64,000 bases of DNA from an uncultured Candidatus Actinomarina sp. (lineage in GTDB: Bacteria > Actinomycetota > Acidimicrobiia > Actinomarinales > Actinomarinaceae). The DNA is taken from NCBI GenBank assembly GCA_902626065.1, contig CACODT010000005.1, positions 1,315 to 65,314 on the forward strand, written 5' to 3'. Under the pieces are notes generated by a model. It did no database searches. It was not told the DNA's origin and saw only the letters and a program-made list of their open reading frames with translations. Below are positions 39,979 through 48,241 of the stretch, piece after piece. The position numbers and the translations under genes are program-made. Each line of letters begins with the position of its first letter. The first letter of the stretch is position 1.

Positions 39979-40518
39979 TTATGATAAAACAGCAAGATAA
40001 GGTAGCTCTCTATATTTTCCTTCGTGATCAAGCCCGTATCCAACTACAAATTCTGGCCCGATACTAAAACCTTTATATTTGATGTCTAATGGAATTTCTT
40101 TTTCAGTGTTTTTAATAAACATGCACATGAACTCCAAACTTTTTGGATTCCTTGATTCTAAAATATTTTTTAAATATGAAAGAGTAAGCCCTGTATCAAA
40201 AATATCTTCCACAATTAAAATATTTTTTCCTGTTATGTCTATATCAAGATCTTTTTCTATTTTTACTTGTCCTGAGCTCTCAGTACCTTCGTAAGACGAA
40301 ACACTCATAAAATCAAAGGAGACATCGATCTTTAACCTTTTTGCCAAATCACTTATAGTTATGAAAGCACCTTTGAGAATTCCTATTATTAACAGATCTT
40401 TTTCGGCGTAGTCTTGATTGATTAGGTTACCTATTTCATTAATCTTTTTTTGTATTTCTGATTCAGATATTAATTCTTTACTAATTTTCAATTGAACTCT
40501 TTTCTGTTGAAGCAACAA
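39979..40518 (-). CDS. hpt: Hypoxanthine phosphoribosyltransferase
   Basis: 179 aa with PRPP-binding motif ILIVEDIFDTGLTL. Conserved position between tilS and ftsH. Confidence 0.9.
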   Translation of the reverse strand: MLLQQKRVQLKISKELISESEIQKKINEIGNLINQDYAEKDLLIIGILKGAFITISDLAKRLKIDVSFDFMSVSSYEGTESSGQVKIEKDLDIDITGKNILIVEDIFDTGLTLSYLKNILESRNPKSLEFMCMFIKNTEKEIPLDIKYKGFSIGPEFVVGYGLDHEGKYRELPYLAVLS

Positions 40519-41743
40519 TTATATTTGAATTATATTTTTTTTCATTTTCGATTGCTAAATCTGATTTTCTTAATCCCACAACCCAATACGGATCTTCATC
40601 TAAATAAACAATTGGCCAAATATTTCTTAATTCACTATCAATTCCATAATTCCTAAATATTTCAGTTACTTTAATTGAATTTCTTCCAGAAATAATCTTT
40701 TCACCATTTTGAAAAATTTTTAATGACACATGGCCTTTTTCAGGCAGAGCTATCATCCATTTATTAAAAATATCAACAGATTTAATTTTCTTAAAGTTAA
40801 AAAATCCATAACTTTTAAAATTTGATGTATCATCAATTATCCACTTGTCTCTATTAATAAATAAAATAGATCCACCTGATTTAAAACAAGTCCAATCTTT
40901 AAAAAATTTTACTTTTACATTCTCATTTAGGACTTTTTCAATTTTTTCTAAATCTTTTTTTTGAAAAGTGTTTAGTCCAACAAATTTTCCAATCTCATTA
41001 AAGTAAAATTGCCTATCCCATCTATCTGAACTTAAAAGTAGAATTGGTACTTCTAAATATCCCTCTGATTTTTTTAAGTACTTTATATTTTGTTTGTCAT
41101 AGTTTGATCTAAATTCAACTTCATTAGATAAACGATCTGCTTTTAATTCAAATGTGCCAGGAAATCTATCATTAATTTCTGGTATTAAATTATTTCTTAT
41201 CCAATTTCTTACAATTTTATTGTCATTGTTCGTTGGATCATCTAAATATAAAATATTATTTAAATTTGCATAATCATAAATTTCCTTTTTAGAGATATTT
41301 ATCATGGGTTTAGTAGACAACAAACTGTTTGGAGCAATTGATTTCAATCCCTCCAATCTTGTACCTCTGAATAAATTTATCAATAGTGTCTCAGCTTTGT
41401 CAGATAAATTGTGTCCGGTAAGTAAAATTTCATCATTTTCTAAATTTGAAAGAAGACTTATGTACCTTTCTTCTCTCATTTCAGTTTCAGATGAATCAGG
41501 TTTTAAAGAAGTTTTGATAATTTTTAAATCTAAATGTAAAGATTTAGCAATTTTTTTTGAAGTTTCTTCTAGTTCTTTGGAGTGTGCTTGATTATGTTGA
41601 ACAAACATGAGCCTAATATCTTTTGTAGTTTTTGAAAGCACATGTGCTAAAACTGAACTGTCAACACCTCCGCTTAAAGCTACTACAAACTTTTTTGATA
41701 AATCAATATTGTTTTGAATAATTTTTTCAATTGATGAACTCAT
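40481..41743 (-). CDS. tilS: tRNA(Ile)-lysidine synthase
   Basis: 420 aa. PP-loop VALSGGVDSSVL and GHNLSDKAET motif. Confidence 0.88.
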   Translation of the reverse strand: MSSSIEKIIQNNIDLSKKFVVALSGGVDSSVLAHVLSKTTKDIRLMFVQHNQAHSKELEETSKKIAKSLHLDLKIIKTSLKPDSSETEMREERYISLLSNLENDEILLTGHNLSDKAETLLINLFRGTRLEGLKSIAPNSLLSTKPMINISKKEIYDYANLNNILYLDDPTNNDNKIVRNWIRNNLIPEINDRFPGTFELKADRLSNEVEFRSNYDKQNIKYLKKSEGYLEVPILLLSSDRWDRQFYFNEIGKFVGLNTFQKKDLEKIEKVLNENVKVKFFKDWTCFKSGGSILFINRDKWIIDDTSNFKSYGFFNFKKIKSVDIFNKWMIALPEKGHVSLKIFQNGEKIISGRNSIKVTEIFRNYGIDSELRNIWPIVYLDEDPYWVVGLRKSDLAIENEKKYNSNIIVASTEKSSIEN

Positions 41744-41754
41744 AAAAGCTTACT

Positions 41755-42033
41755 TTACTTTTTTATAACTTTATATCTCTTTTTTGTAACTTGTCTAAAG
41801 TATTGAACAATATTTCCAAGAATAACCAATGTTGCAATAGCTACACTTGTAGGAATCAAAAACTTGTAGGTCCATTGTGGGTCTTCTGGAACTTCAACTT
41901 CTTCTTGAATTACAATTGCTGGAACAGGAGTCTGTTCGTGCTCATCCCCTAAATTTGGCAGATTAGAAGATGTTGAAAGTGCGGTAACATTAATTAATAA
42001 AATCGAAATAAAGGTTACTGTAAACTTTTTCAC
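41755..42033 (-). CDS. Hypothetical small secreted/membrane-anchored protein
   Basis: 92 aa. N-terminal signal-like helix, acidic Pro-rich middle, C-terminal TM helix and a basic tail (KKRYKVIKK). No recognisable family. Confidence 0.45.
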   Translation of the reverse strand: MKKFTVTFISILLINVTALSTSSNLPNLGDEHEQTPVPAIVIQEEVEVPEDPQWTYKFLIPTSVAIATLVILGNIVQYFRQVTKKRYKVIKK

Positions 42034-42087
42034 ATTTAAAGATTACACAATCATGAAAAGAAAATAAATTTATAAACCATTTATTTT

Positions 42088-42159
42088 GAGCCGAAGGAGG
42101 GAATTGAACCCTCGGCCTGCTCATTACGAGTGAGCTGCTCTACCACTGAGCTACTTCGG
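42088..42159 (-). tRNA. tRNA-Thr (anticodon CGU)
   Basis: Minus-strand read GCCGAAG-TA-GCTC-AGTGGTA-GAGC-A-GCTCA-CTCGTAA-TGAGC-AGGCC-GAGGG-TTCAATT-CCCTC-CTTCGGC-T is a 72-nt cloverleaf. Anticodon loop CT-CGT-AA. No encoded CCA. Confidence 0.9.
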
Positions 42160-42181
42160 CACATAATCAAATACTATAAGT

Positions 42182-43264
42182 TTAAATATCCTCGATCTTT
42201 TCCCAGTTTCTGTTTTTATGGCCAAAATGGGAAAACAATGTATCTTCTTTGTAATTAACGTTCAACAAATCTAAACGTTCTATAATAATCCCTGGTTTCA
42301 TACCAAATTTTGATACGAAATCGTTTAGTAAAGAGTCTTCAGTTTTTTGTGTACCGAATGTATCTACTGTTAATTCATACGGTTCAGCTTTACCTATCGC
42401 ATAAGCAACTCTTATCAAGCATCTATCTGCTAAACCATGAGCTACCACATTTTTTGCTAAATGTCTTGCCGCATATGCTCCAGAGCGGTCGACTTTAGAG
42501 GGATCTTTTCCTGAGAATGCACCCCCTCCAACAGGGATGGTTGGTCCATATGCATCAACTACTATTTTTCGTCCCGTAAGACCTGTGTCTCCTGCAGGGC
42601 CTCCTTTTACAAATGAGCCAGATGGGTTTAAATCAAATTTATATTCTCCATCAACATAGTTTGATATCATTTCTTGAAGATTATTTCTAAGTTCAACTAG
42701 ATCTATATTTTTTTTATGTTGAGTCGATATGACAACTTTTGTTTCTTCTCCACCGGTTGTAACTTGTACTTTCGAATCAAGGTCTAGAAGTTCATTATTG
42801 TTTTGTAGTTCCCACAATTTCATCTGGATATTTCTACTTATGTCAAAGGTTGGGGGCATAAATGATTCTGTCTCACTCGAAGCATAACCAACCATAATCC
42901 CTTGATCTCCTGCTCCTTGGTCTTCGTCCTCTTCTACCGCAACTCTTATTTCTTCTGATTGTGGTGTAAGTTCGTTATGAATTGATAATTTATCAAGATC
43001 AAAATCTTCAAAACTAGTTTTTATAGTTTTGTTCAATGCTTCATGAACAATTCTTTTTATGTCTTTTGTAGATATATCTGCAATTTCACTTATTTCTCCT
43101 CCGACCATTACTAGGCCTCCATCTTTAGTGCCAGTTAAGACAGTTTCAACAGCAACTTTTGATTTTCTATTGTTATTTAATGCCTCGGTTAGGACATAAT
43201 CTGAAATTAGATCTGCGATTTTATCTGGATGCCCTGGCGATACAGTTTCTGCTGTTTTATACAT
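42182..43264 (-). CDS. metK: S-adenosylmethionine synthase
   Basis: 360 aa. SPGHPDKIADLISD, GAGDQGIMVGYA and GGGAFSGKDPSKVDRSGAY motifs. Confidence 0.95.
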   Translation of the reverse strand: MYKTAETVSPGHPDKIADLISDYVLTEALNNNRKSKVAVETVLTGTKDGGLVMVGGEISEIADISTKDIKRIVHEALNKTIKTSFEDFDLDKLSIHNELTPQSEEIRVAVEEDEDQGAGDQGIMVGYASSETESFMPPTFDISRNIQMKLWELQNNNELLDLDSKVQVTTGGEETKVVISTQHKKNIDLVELRNNLQEMISNYVDGEYKFDLNPSGSFVKGGPAGDTGLTGRKIVVDAYGPTIPVGGGAFSGKDPSKVDRSGAYAARHLAKNVVAHGLADRCLIRVAYAIGKAEPYELTVDTFGTQKTEDSLLNDFVSKFGMKPGIIIERLDLLNVNYKEDTLFSHFGHKNRNWEKIEDI

Positions 43265-43368
43265 TTTAATTTTTTATTTTTATATTTTGTTTTAAGTAAT
43301 TCTATGATAATTATTTTTCAAATTACCTGCTACTTAACTTTAATCTAACAAGTTATTATCCTTTTGCT

Positions 43369-44544
43369 ATGTCTTCTGAGTTAAAGAAAATATATAATTT
43401 ATTGCTCTCAGTTGGATTTTCATCAATCGGTTTTATCGCAGCGATTACCGTAACAACTTTGGCTGTGAGAGAGGTAACTACAAACCCTTATTTGGTAGGC
43501 ATCCCAAATGCATTAGGAGTTGGGGGGGCATTTATAGGAACCCAAATTTTTGAATATCTTCAAAATAAATATTCAAGAATGAGTGCATTGGCTTATACAT
43601 TCTTTACCGGGGGCTTAGGGGGAATTATCTGTTTTTTGAGTCTTTTAGCTAATTCATTTAATTTGCTAATCTTAGGTGCTTTTATATTAGGTATTGGCCA
43701 ATCAGCAACTTTACAAACAAGATACGCTTCTTCTTTTTTAGTAAAAGAAAAGTTTAGAGCAACAGCATTATCTCTTGCTGTGTGGTTTTCAGTTTTTGGT
43801 TCTGTATTTGGTCCAAGGCTTGTTGGTCAATATTCTTCAAATTTTGAAAAAATATTTGGCTCTGAGTTAATTGTTGCCTATTTTATTGCAACCATAGGTT
43901 TTGTACTAGCTGGTCTATCAGTTTTAGGATTGACTAAACAAGGAAGTGCTTTAAAACTACCTGCAGCTTCAAATAAAACAAACTCAAAAAGTAAACTTGA
44001 TAAAACTGCAAAACAATTGACTACATTATTAGTTATTAACCATTTTGTTATGGTAATTATCATGGCCTCAACTCCTTTGCATATTCAAGATATAGGAGAA
44101 TCAATACAAGTTGTTGGAACAATAATAAGTTATCACACTTTAGGAATGTTTGTTTTTTCACCTATATTAGGAGGAATTGTAGACAGAATAGGCTCTAAAA
44201 AAATCTCTGTTGCCGGAGGATTTATTTTATTAGCTAGTTGTATATTTGCACTAAATAGTAAAGATATTTTTTTATTACATGTAAGTTTATTTTTACTAGG
44301 CCTTGGATGGAATTTTAATTTTGTTTCAATAAGTTCGGAAATTTCAAAATATTCTATTGCAAAAAATACAAATTTAAATATTCAAAGTGATTCATTTGTA
44401 TTTGTTGGAAGCCTCATTGCACAGTCTTCGTTAGGTCTAACGTATACTTTTATTGGTTTTAATGGTTTAGTTATATTTGGAATTTCTTGTGCCGTTTACT
44501 TATTATTTTCTTTGATAAAAAATTCATCAAAGATATTATCATAA
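43369..44544 (+). CDS. MFS transporter
   Basis: 391 aa, about 12 hydrophobic helices in a 6+6 layout with a central hydrophilic loop. Substrate unknown. Confidence 0.7.
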   Translation: MSSELKKIYNLLLSVGFSSIGFIAAITVTTLAVREVTTNPYLVGIPNALGVGGAFIGTQIFEYLQNKYSRMSALAYTFFTGGLGGIICFLSLLANSFNLLILGAFILGIGQSATLQTRYASSFLVKEKFRATALSLAVWFSVFGSVFGPRLVGQYSSNFEKIFGSELIVAYFIATIGFVLAGLSVLGLTKQGSALKLPAASNKTNSKSKLDKTAKQLTTLLVINHFVMVIIMASTPLHIQDIGESIQVVGTIISYHTLGMFVFSPILGGIVDRIGSKKISVAGGFILLASCIFALNSKDIFLLHVSLFLLGLGWNFNFVSISSEISKYSIAKNTNLNIQSDSFVFVGSLIAQSSLGLTYTFIGFNGLVIFGISCAVYLLFSLIKNSSKILS

Positions 44545-44546
44545 CC

Positions 44547-45383
44547 TTAAATTTCAATAGTGAAGAGATCATAGCCTATGTAAATATTTCCTTCATAATA
44601 TTGTTTAATTTCACTTAAAACTTTTTCTTCATCAAAATCTGGAGGTACAAAGTGTGTTAGAACTAAATTTTTCGTATTTGATTGGCTTGCAATATCTCCT
44701 ACGTCTTTTGGAGCTGTGTGATACTTTGAAACATTTTTTACCGTTTCCAGAGTCATACGTTTTTCGTCCATTTCTAAATCGATAAATAATTCGTGTACTA
44801 AAATATCAGAATTTAAGGCCTCTTTAATTAAATTCTTTGACTTCTTTGTGTCCCCAGATATAACAATTGATTTTTCAGTTTTGTTTATTTTGAAATTTAT
44901 TTTGAAGCCATATGCAGGATTCACCGGTGCATGGTCAACATAGAATGGCTTGATTGATAAATTTTTATTATCAAATTTAAAATCATCATCAATTTCAATA
45001 ATTTCATAATCCAATCCCACTTCATTTGGCCTCATCTCATATTCTTTTCTAAGTTTCAATTCGTCGAAATAAGATTCAAGTTGTTTATTAAAAAAATGCT
45101 TTATCCCGACTGGACCGATTATTTTAAATGGTTTATTTCTGCCCTGATGCCATCCAGAAATATAAAGTTGATATAAATCGACTATATGATCTGAGTGCAT
45201 ATGAGTTATAAAAACGAGATCTATATCTGAACTTTTTAGTCCTAGTTCATCTAACCTTTGAGTTACTCCTGAGCCTGTATCAAAAAGATACCTTTCCCCA
45301 TTTATTTCTAAGAGTGTCGATGGACCAAATCTTTTATGACTTGGAGCTGGACATCCTGTACCTAATAAAACTAATCGATTCAT
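44547..45383 (-). CDS. MBL-fold metallo-hydrolase (RNase Z/ElaC-like)
   Basis: 278 aa. FITHMHSDHIVDL (HxHxDH) plus downstream His/Asp ligands (VDHAP, ISGDT, LTHF). 4-nt overlap with holB. Confidence 0.75.
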   Translation of the reverse strand: MNRLVLLGTGCPAPSHKRFGPSTLLEINGERYLFDTGSGVTQRLDELGLKSSDIDLVFITHMHSDHIVDLYQLYISGWHQGRNKPFKIIGPVGIKHFFNKQLESYFDELKLRKEYEMRPNEVGLDYEIIEIDDDFKFDNKNLSIKPFYVDHAPVNPAYGFKINFKINKTEKSIVISGDTKKSKNLIKEALNSDILVHELFIDLEMDEKRMTLETVKNVSKYHTAPKDVGDIASQSNTKNLVLTHFVPPDFDEEKVLSEIKQYYEGNIYIGYDLFTIEI

Positions 45384-46234
45384 AATTTATTCAACTCAGC
45401 AATTAAGTTATTAATTGCTATTCGTGGTCTTATTCCTAGAGAGAGATCTTCTATTGCATTTGTTAATAATTCTGAATATCGAAATTCAATTTTAGAAAGG
45501 CCTGTGGAAGATAAAATATTGTTAACTAAATATTCGATCGAGCTTTGAAAAATTTTTAAGCTATTTGCATTATGTATATCTAAATTATTAATCATTTGTT
45601 CTAGTTTTATAAATTGAAATAGTTTTTCACTTGGATCCTGTCCAACAATTTTTAAATCTTGTAAAATTTCAGAAATATCCTCAAATTCTTTTTTTAATCC
45701 GTTCAATGTTGTTCGATCATCGATTTCTAAATACTTAAATATTTCGTTAATTTCAAAATTATATTCATATACGATTTCATCATCTACATATATCGTTCTA
45801 CATCTGCTTTTTAGTGTCGGTAAAATATTTTTTATGGAATCATCTTTTGCATGAGACCAGTGCCTACCATTTGACGTAATTATAAAAATATTTGAATCTG
45901 ATGGTTCTTCTAAAGTTTTCAATAATGCGTTTGATGCCTCTTCAGTTAGAGAACGACCTGGAGGAAAAATAAAAATTTTATACTTACCTTCTACTGGAAA
46001 AATACTCTCGTCATTTATTACCTGTCTAATATCGTTCACACCTAGCGTATTCATATTCTCGGATGTGACCACTCTTATGTCCGGATGATTAATATATTCA
46101 TTTTTTCCAAAAAGTAACATTGAAGAAAATAATTTTGATTGTTCAATTAAATATTTAGAAGAACTCGATATCAATAAATAAGCATGGAAAGGATTCTTTA
46201 TTTCATTTTCTAATTTTTTATTTAACTCAATCAA
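45380..46234 (-). CDS. holB: DNA polymerase III subunit delta'
   Basis: 284 aa. ALLKTLEEPSDSNIFIITS motif and SRC-type box (LKSRCRTIY). Follows tmk as in other actinobacteria. Confidence 0.8.
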   Translation of the reverse strand: MIELNKKLENEIKNPFHAYLLISSSSKYLIEQSKLFSSMLLFGKNEYINHPDIRVVTSENMNTLGVNDIRQVINDESIFPVEGKYKIFIFPPGRSLTEEASNALLKTLEEPSDSNIFIITSNGRHWSHAKDDSIKNILPTLKSRCRTIYVDDEIVYEYNFEINEIFKYLEIDDRTTLNGLKKEFEDISEILQDLKIVGQDPSEKLFQFIKLEQMINNLDIHNANSLKIFQSSIEYLVNNILSSTGLSKIEFRYSELLTNAIEDLSLGIRPRIAINNLIAELNKL

Positions 46235-46829
46235 GCTCTAGCCATTTATAAATTATTTTTGAATTTGAACTTAGTTCATTATTTGCATCAACAATTAGAA
46301 ATTTTTCTTTAAATTTATCAGCAAGTTCTAGATATCCTTCTCTAACCCTTTTAAAAAAATCTAGGTCAGAACTTCCAATTCTATCGTTTATTTTTTGTCT
46401 TTTTAAAGAAATTTCTGGATCAATATCTAACAAAACTACTTTCTCTGGCCAAAAACCTCCGATAGCTATATCATTTATTTCATAAATCTTATCAAATCCT
46501 AAATTTCTTCCTACTCCCTGATAAGCCACGGAGGAATATGCGCTTCTATCAGATAAAATTTTAATACCATTTTCAATAGAAGGCTTAATAATTTCTTCGA
46601 CAAGATTTGATCTATTCGCTGAGAAAAGTAAAGCTTCAGTTAAAGGTTCAACTTCATACTCATGACTTAACAAGAGATTTCTTATGCCCTCGCCAAGTTT
46701 TGAACCACCCGGCTCTCTTACCACTTTAAAATTTATTGAATTTTTTTCTAGATGATTACTTAATTCCTCAATGTAACTCGTTTTTCCGGAACCATCAACC
46801 CCTTCGAAAGCAACATAATTTGTATTCAA
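46227..46829 (-). CDS. tmk: dTMP (thymidylate) kinase
   Basis: P-loop FEGVDGSGKTS and DRSAYSSVAYQG motif. The ORF track starts at 46886, inside the upstream MFS gene. I prefer TTG at 46829, which is 1 nt after that gene's TAG (TAG-C-TTG) and gives MNTNYVAFEGVDG... Confidence 0.85.
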   Translation of the reverse strand: MNTNYVAFEGVDGSGKTSYIEELSNHLEKNSINFKVVREPGGSKLGEGIRNLLLSHEYEVEPLTEALLFSANRSNLVEEIIKPSIENGIKILSDRSAYSSVAYQGVGRNLGFDKIYEINDIAIGGFWPEKVVLLDIDPEISLKRQKINDRIGSSDLDFFKRVREGYLELADKFKEKFLIVDANNELSSNSKIIYKWLELD

Positions 46830-46830
46830 G

Positions 46831-48153
46831 CTAATTTTCCTTTTCGTCTGAGTCCAACTTAATCTTATTAAAGTTTGACCTCTCAATACCGAATTCTTTA
46901 AAAATACGTTTATATCCTATTGTAAAATTCAAAATTCCGGAAATAAATATTAAAAATGAACTTCCAATTAATACTAAATAAACTCCATCCTGATTAAAAA
47001 TTCCATCAAGATAGTTGGCAGCCGTACTAGACACTAAAAAGGAGATTAGAAGTGCAAGTCTTCCAATCGTATAAAAATTTCCAAAAACTCTTCCACGTAG
47101 ATCTGGACTTGTAGATGCTTGTAAATAACTTATAGTTAAAAGATAAACTCCGCCTGTGCCAATTCCAGATATAAAAATTGTTAATAATATAACAACAAAA
47201 TCAACTGATCTAAATGCAGTGAATAAGGAGATCCCTGTGACTATCATACACGAGCCTATTAAAAAATTAATTCTGTTGAAGCTTGTTACGAAATAACTTA
47301 AGGTGAGCATGCTAAAAATAATCCCCGTACCAAATGATGCAATCATAAAACCAAAAGAACTTTCACTGAATCCTAAATCGATTGTCAAAAAGGTATGTCC
47401 CAATATAAAAAGAGATCCTGCACCAACTAAACAAAATGAAATAGAAAAAGCTATGTTTCTGATATTTTTAGTTTTAAAAAAATAATTTATTCCCTCTTGA
47501 AAATTTTTTAATGAAAAAGATGGATTTCTATTTGCAGAGTTCGTATTCTTGTTTTTCAAAAAAAAGAGAAGGTATGCAGATAGTAAAAAAGTTACTGTAT
47601 CAAGTAAGAATATAATTGAACCATTCCATCCATTACCAAAATCGTTAACAATAGTAAAAGCATCTATATCGCTGAGAAATCCTAATAGTAAGGATGCTAA
47701 GGGCAAAGTTGCATATGTTCCAATTGCGAAAAGTGAGTTTGCTTTTACAAGATTTTCAGACTCTATAATTTCTGGAACTACTGATTCTCTAGATGGCTGC
47801 CTAATTAATGAAAATATTTCTGATAAAAAATTAATAATAAAAATTGAATATAAATTATCTGCGAAAAATAAAAACATTACTAAAAGCATCCTCATTAAAT
47901 CACAAATAATCATGACAAACTTTTTTTCGAACCTATCAGCTATTAAGCCTGCAAATGATGAAAGGAGTGCAGGTACTATTCTTGCAATTAATGGAACAAC
48001 TGCAGTTAATTCTGAATTTCCAGTTTCTGTCCCTATATAACTTGCGAGTGCCACAGACGCAAAAAGAGTTGCCCAATCTCCGAAACTTGAAATTGAACCA
48101 GACCAAAACAATAGAGAAAACTGTGATTTTGAAAAAATTTTCATATTATTCAT
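46831..48153 (-). CDS. MFS transporter
   Basis: 440 aa, about 12 TM helices. DRFEKKFVM resembles the MFS loop 2-3 motif. Substrate unknown. Confidence 0.7.
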   Translation of the reverse strand: MNNMKIFSKSQFSLLFWSGSISSFGDWATLFASVALASYIGTETGNSELTAVVPLIARIVPALLSSFAGLIADRFEKKFVMIICDLMRMLLVMFLFFADNLYSIFIINFLSEIFSLIRQPSRESVVPEIIESENLVKANSLFAIGTYATLPLASLLLGFLSDIDAFTIVNDFGNGWNGSIIFLLDTVTFLLSAYLLFFLKNKNTNSANRNPSFSLKNFQEGINYFFKTKNIRNIAFSISFCLVGAGSLFILGHTFLTIDLGFSESSFGFMIASFGTGIIFSMLTLSYFVTSFNRINFLIGSCMIVTGISLFTAFRSVDFVVILLTIFISGIGTGGVYLLTISYLQASTSPDLRGRVFGNFYTIGRLALLISFLVSSTAANYLDGIFNQDGVYLVLIGSSFLIFISGILNFTIGYKRIFKEFGIERSNFNKIKLDSDEKEN

Positions 48154-48241
48154 TTCTTATATAATCACTATAAATCGAATTTAAAATACTTTTTTTTTAA
48201 AATCCTGTACATTTAAAAAAAATGATGTTATCAATAAAGAC

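Noticed and set aside
41755-42033. C-terminal hydrophobic helix plus basic tail of the 92-aa protein as a sortase sorting signal
   Set aside because: No LPXTG/LAXTG motif precedes the helix (the nearest is FLIPTSV). It is more simply a tail-anchored small membrane protein.
42061-42086. AT-only inverted repeat AAATAAAT...ATTTATTT next to tRNA-Thr(CGU)
   Set aside because: An 8-bp A/T stem in AT-rich DNA is expected by chance and would be thermodynamically negligible.
43265-43368. Possible SAM riboswitch in the metK leader
   Set aside because: The roughly 100-nt region is almost pure A/T with no conserved GC-paired helices, and it also has to hold the divergent MFS promoter. No riboswitch-like structure is visible.
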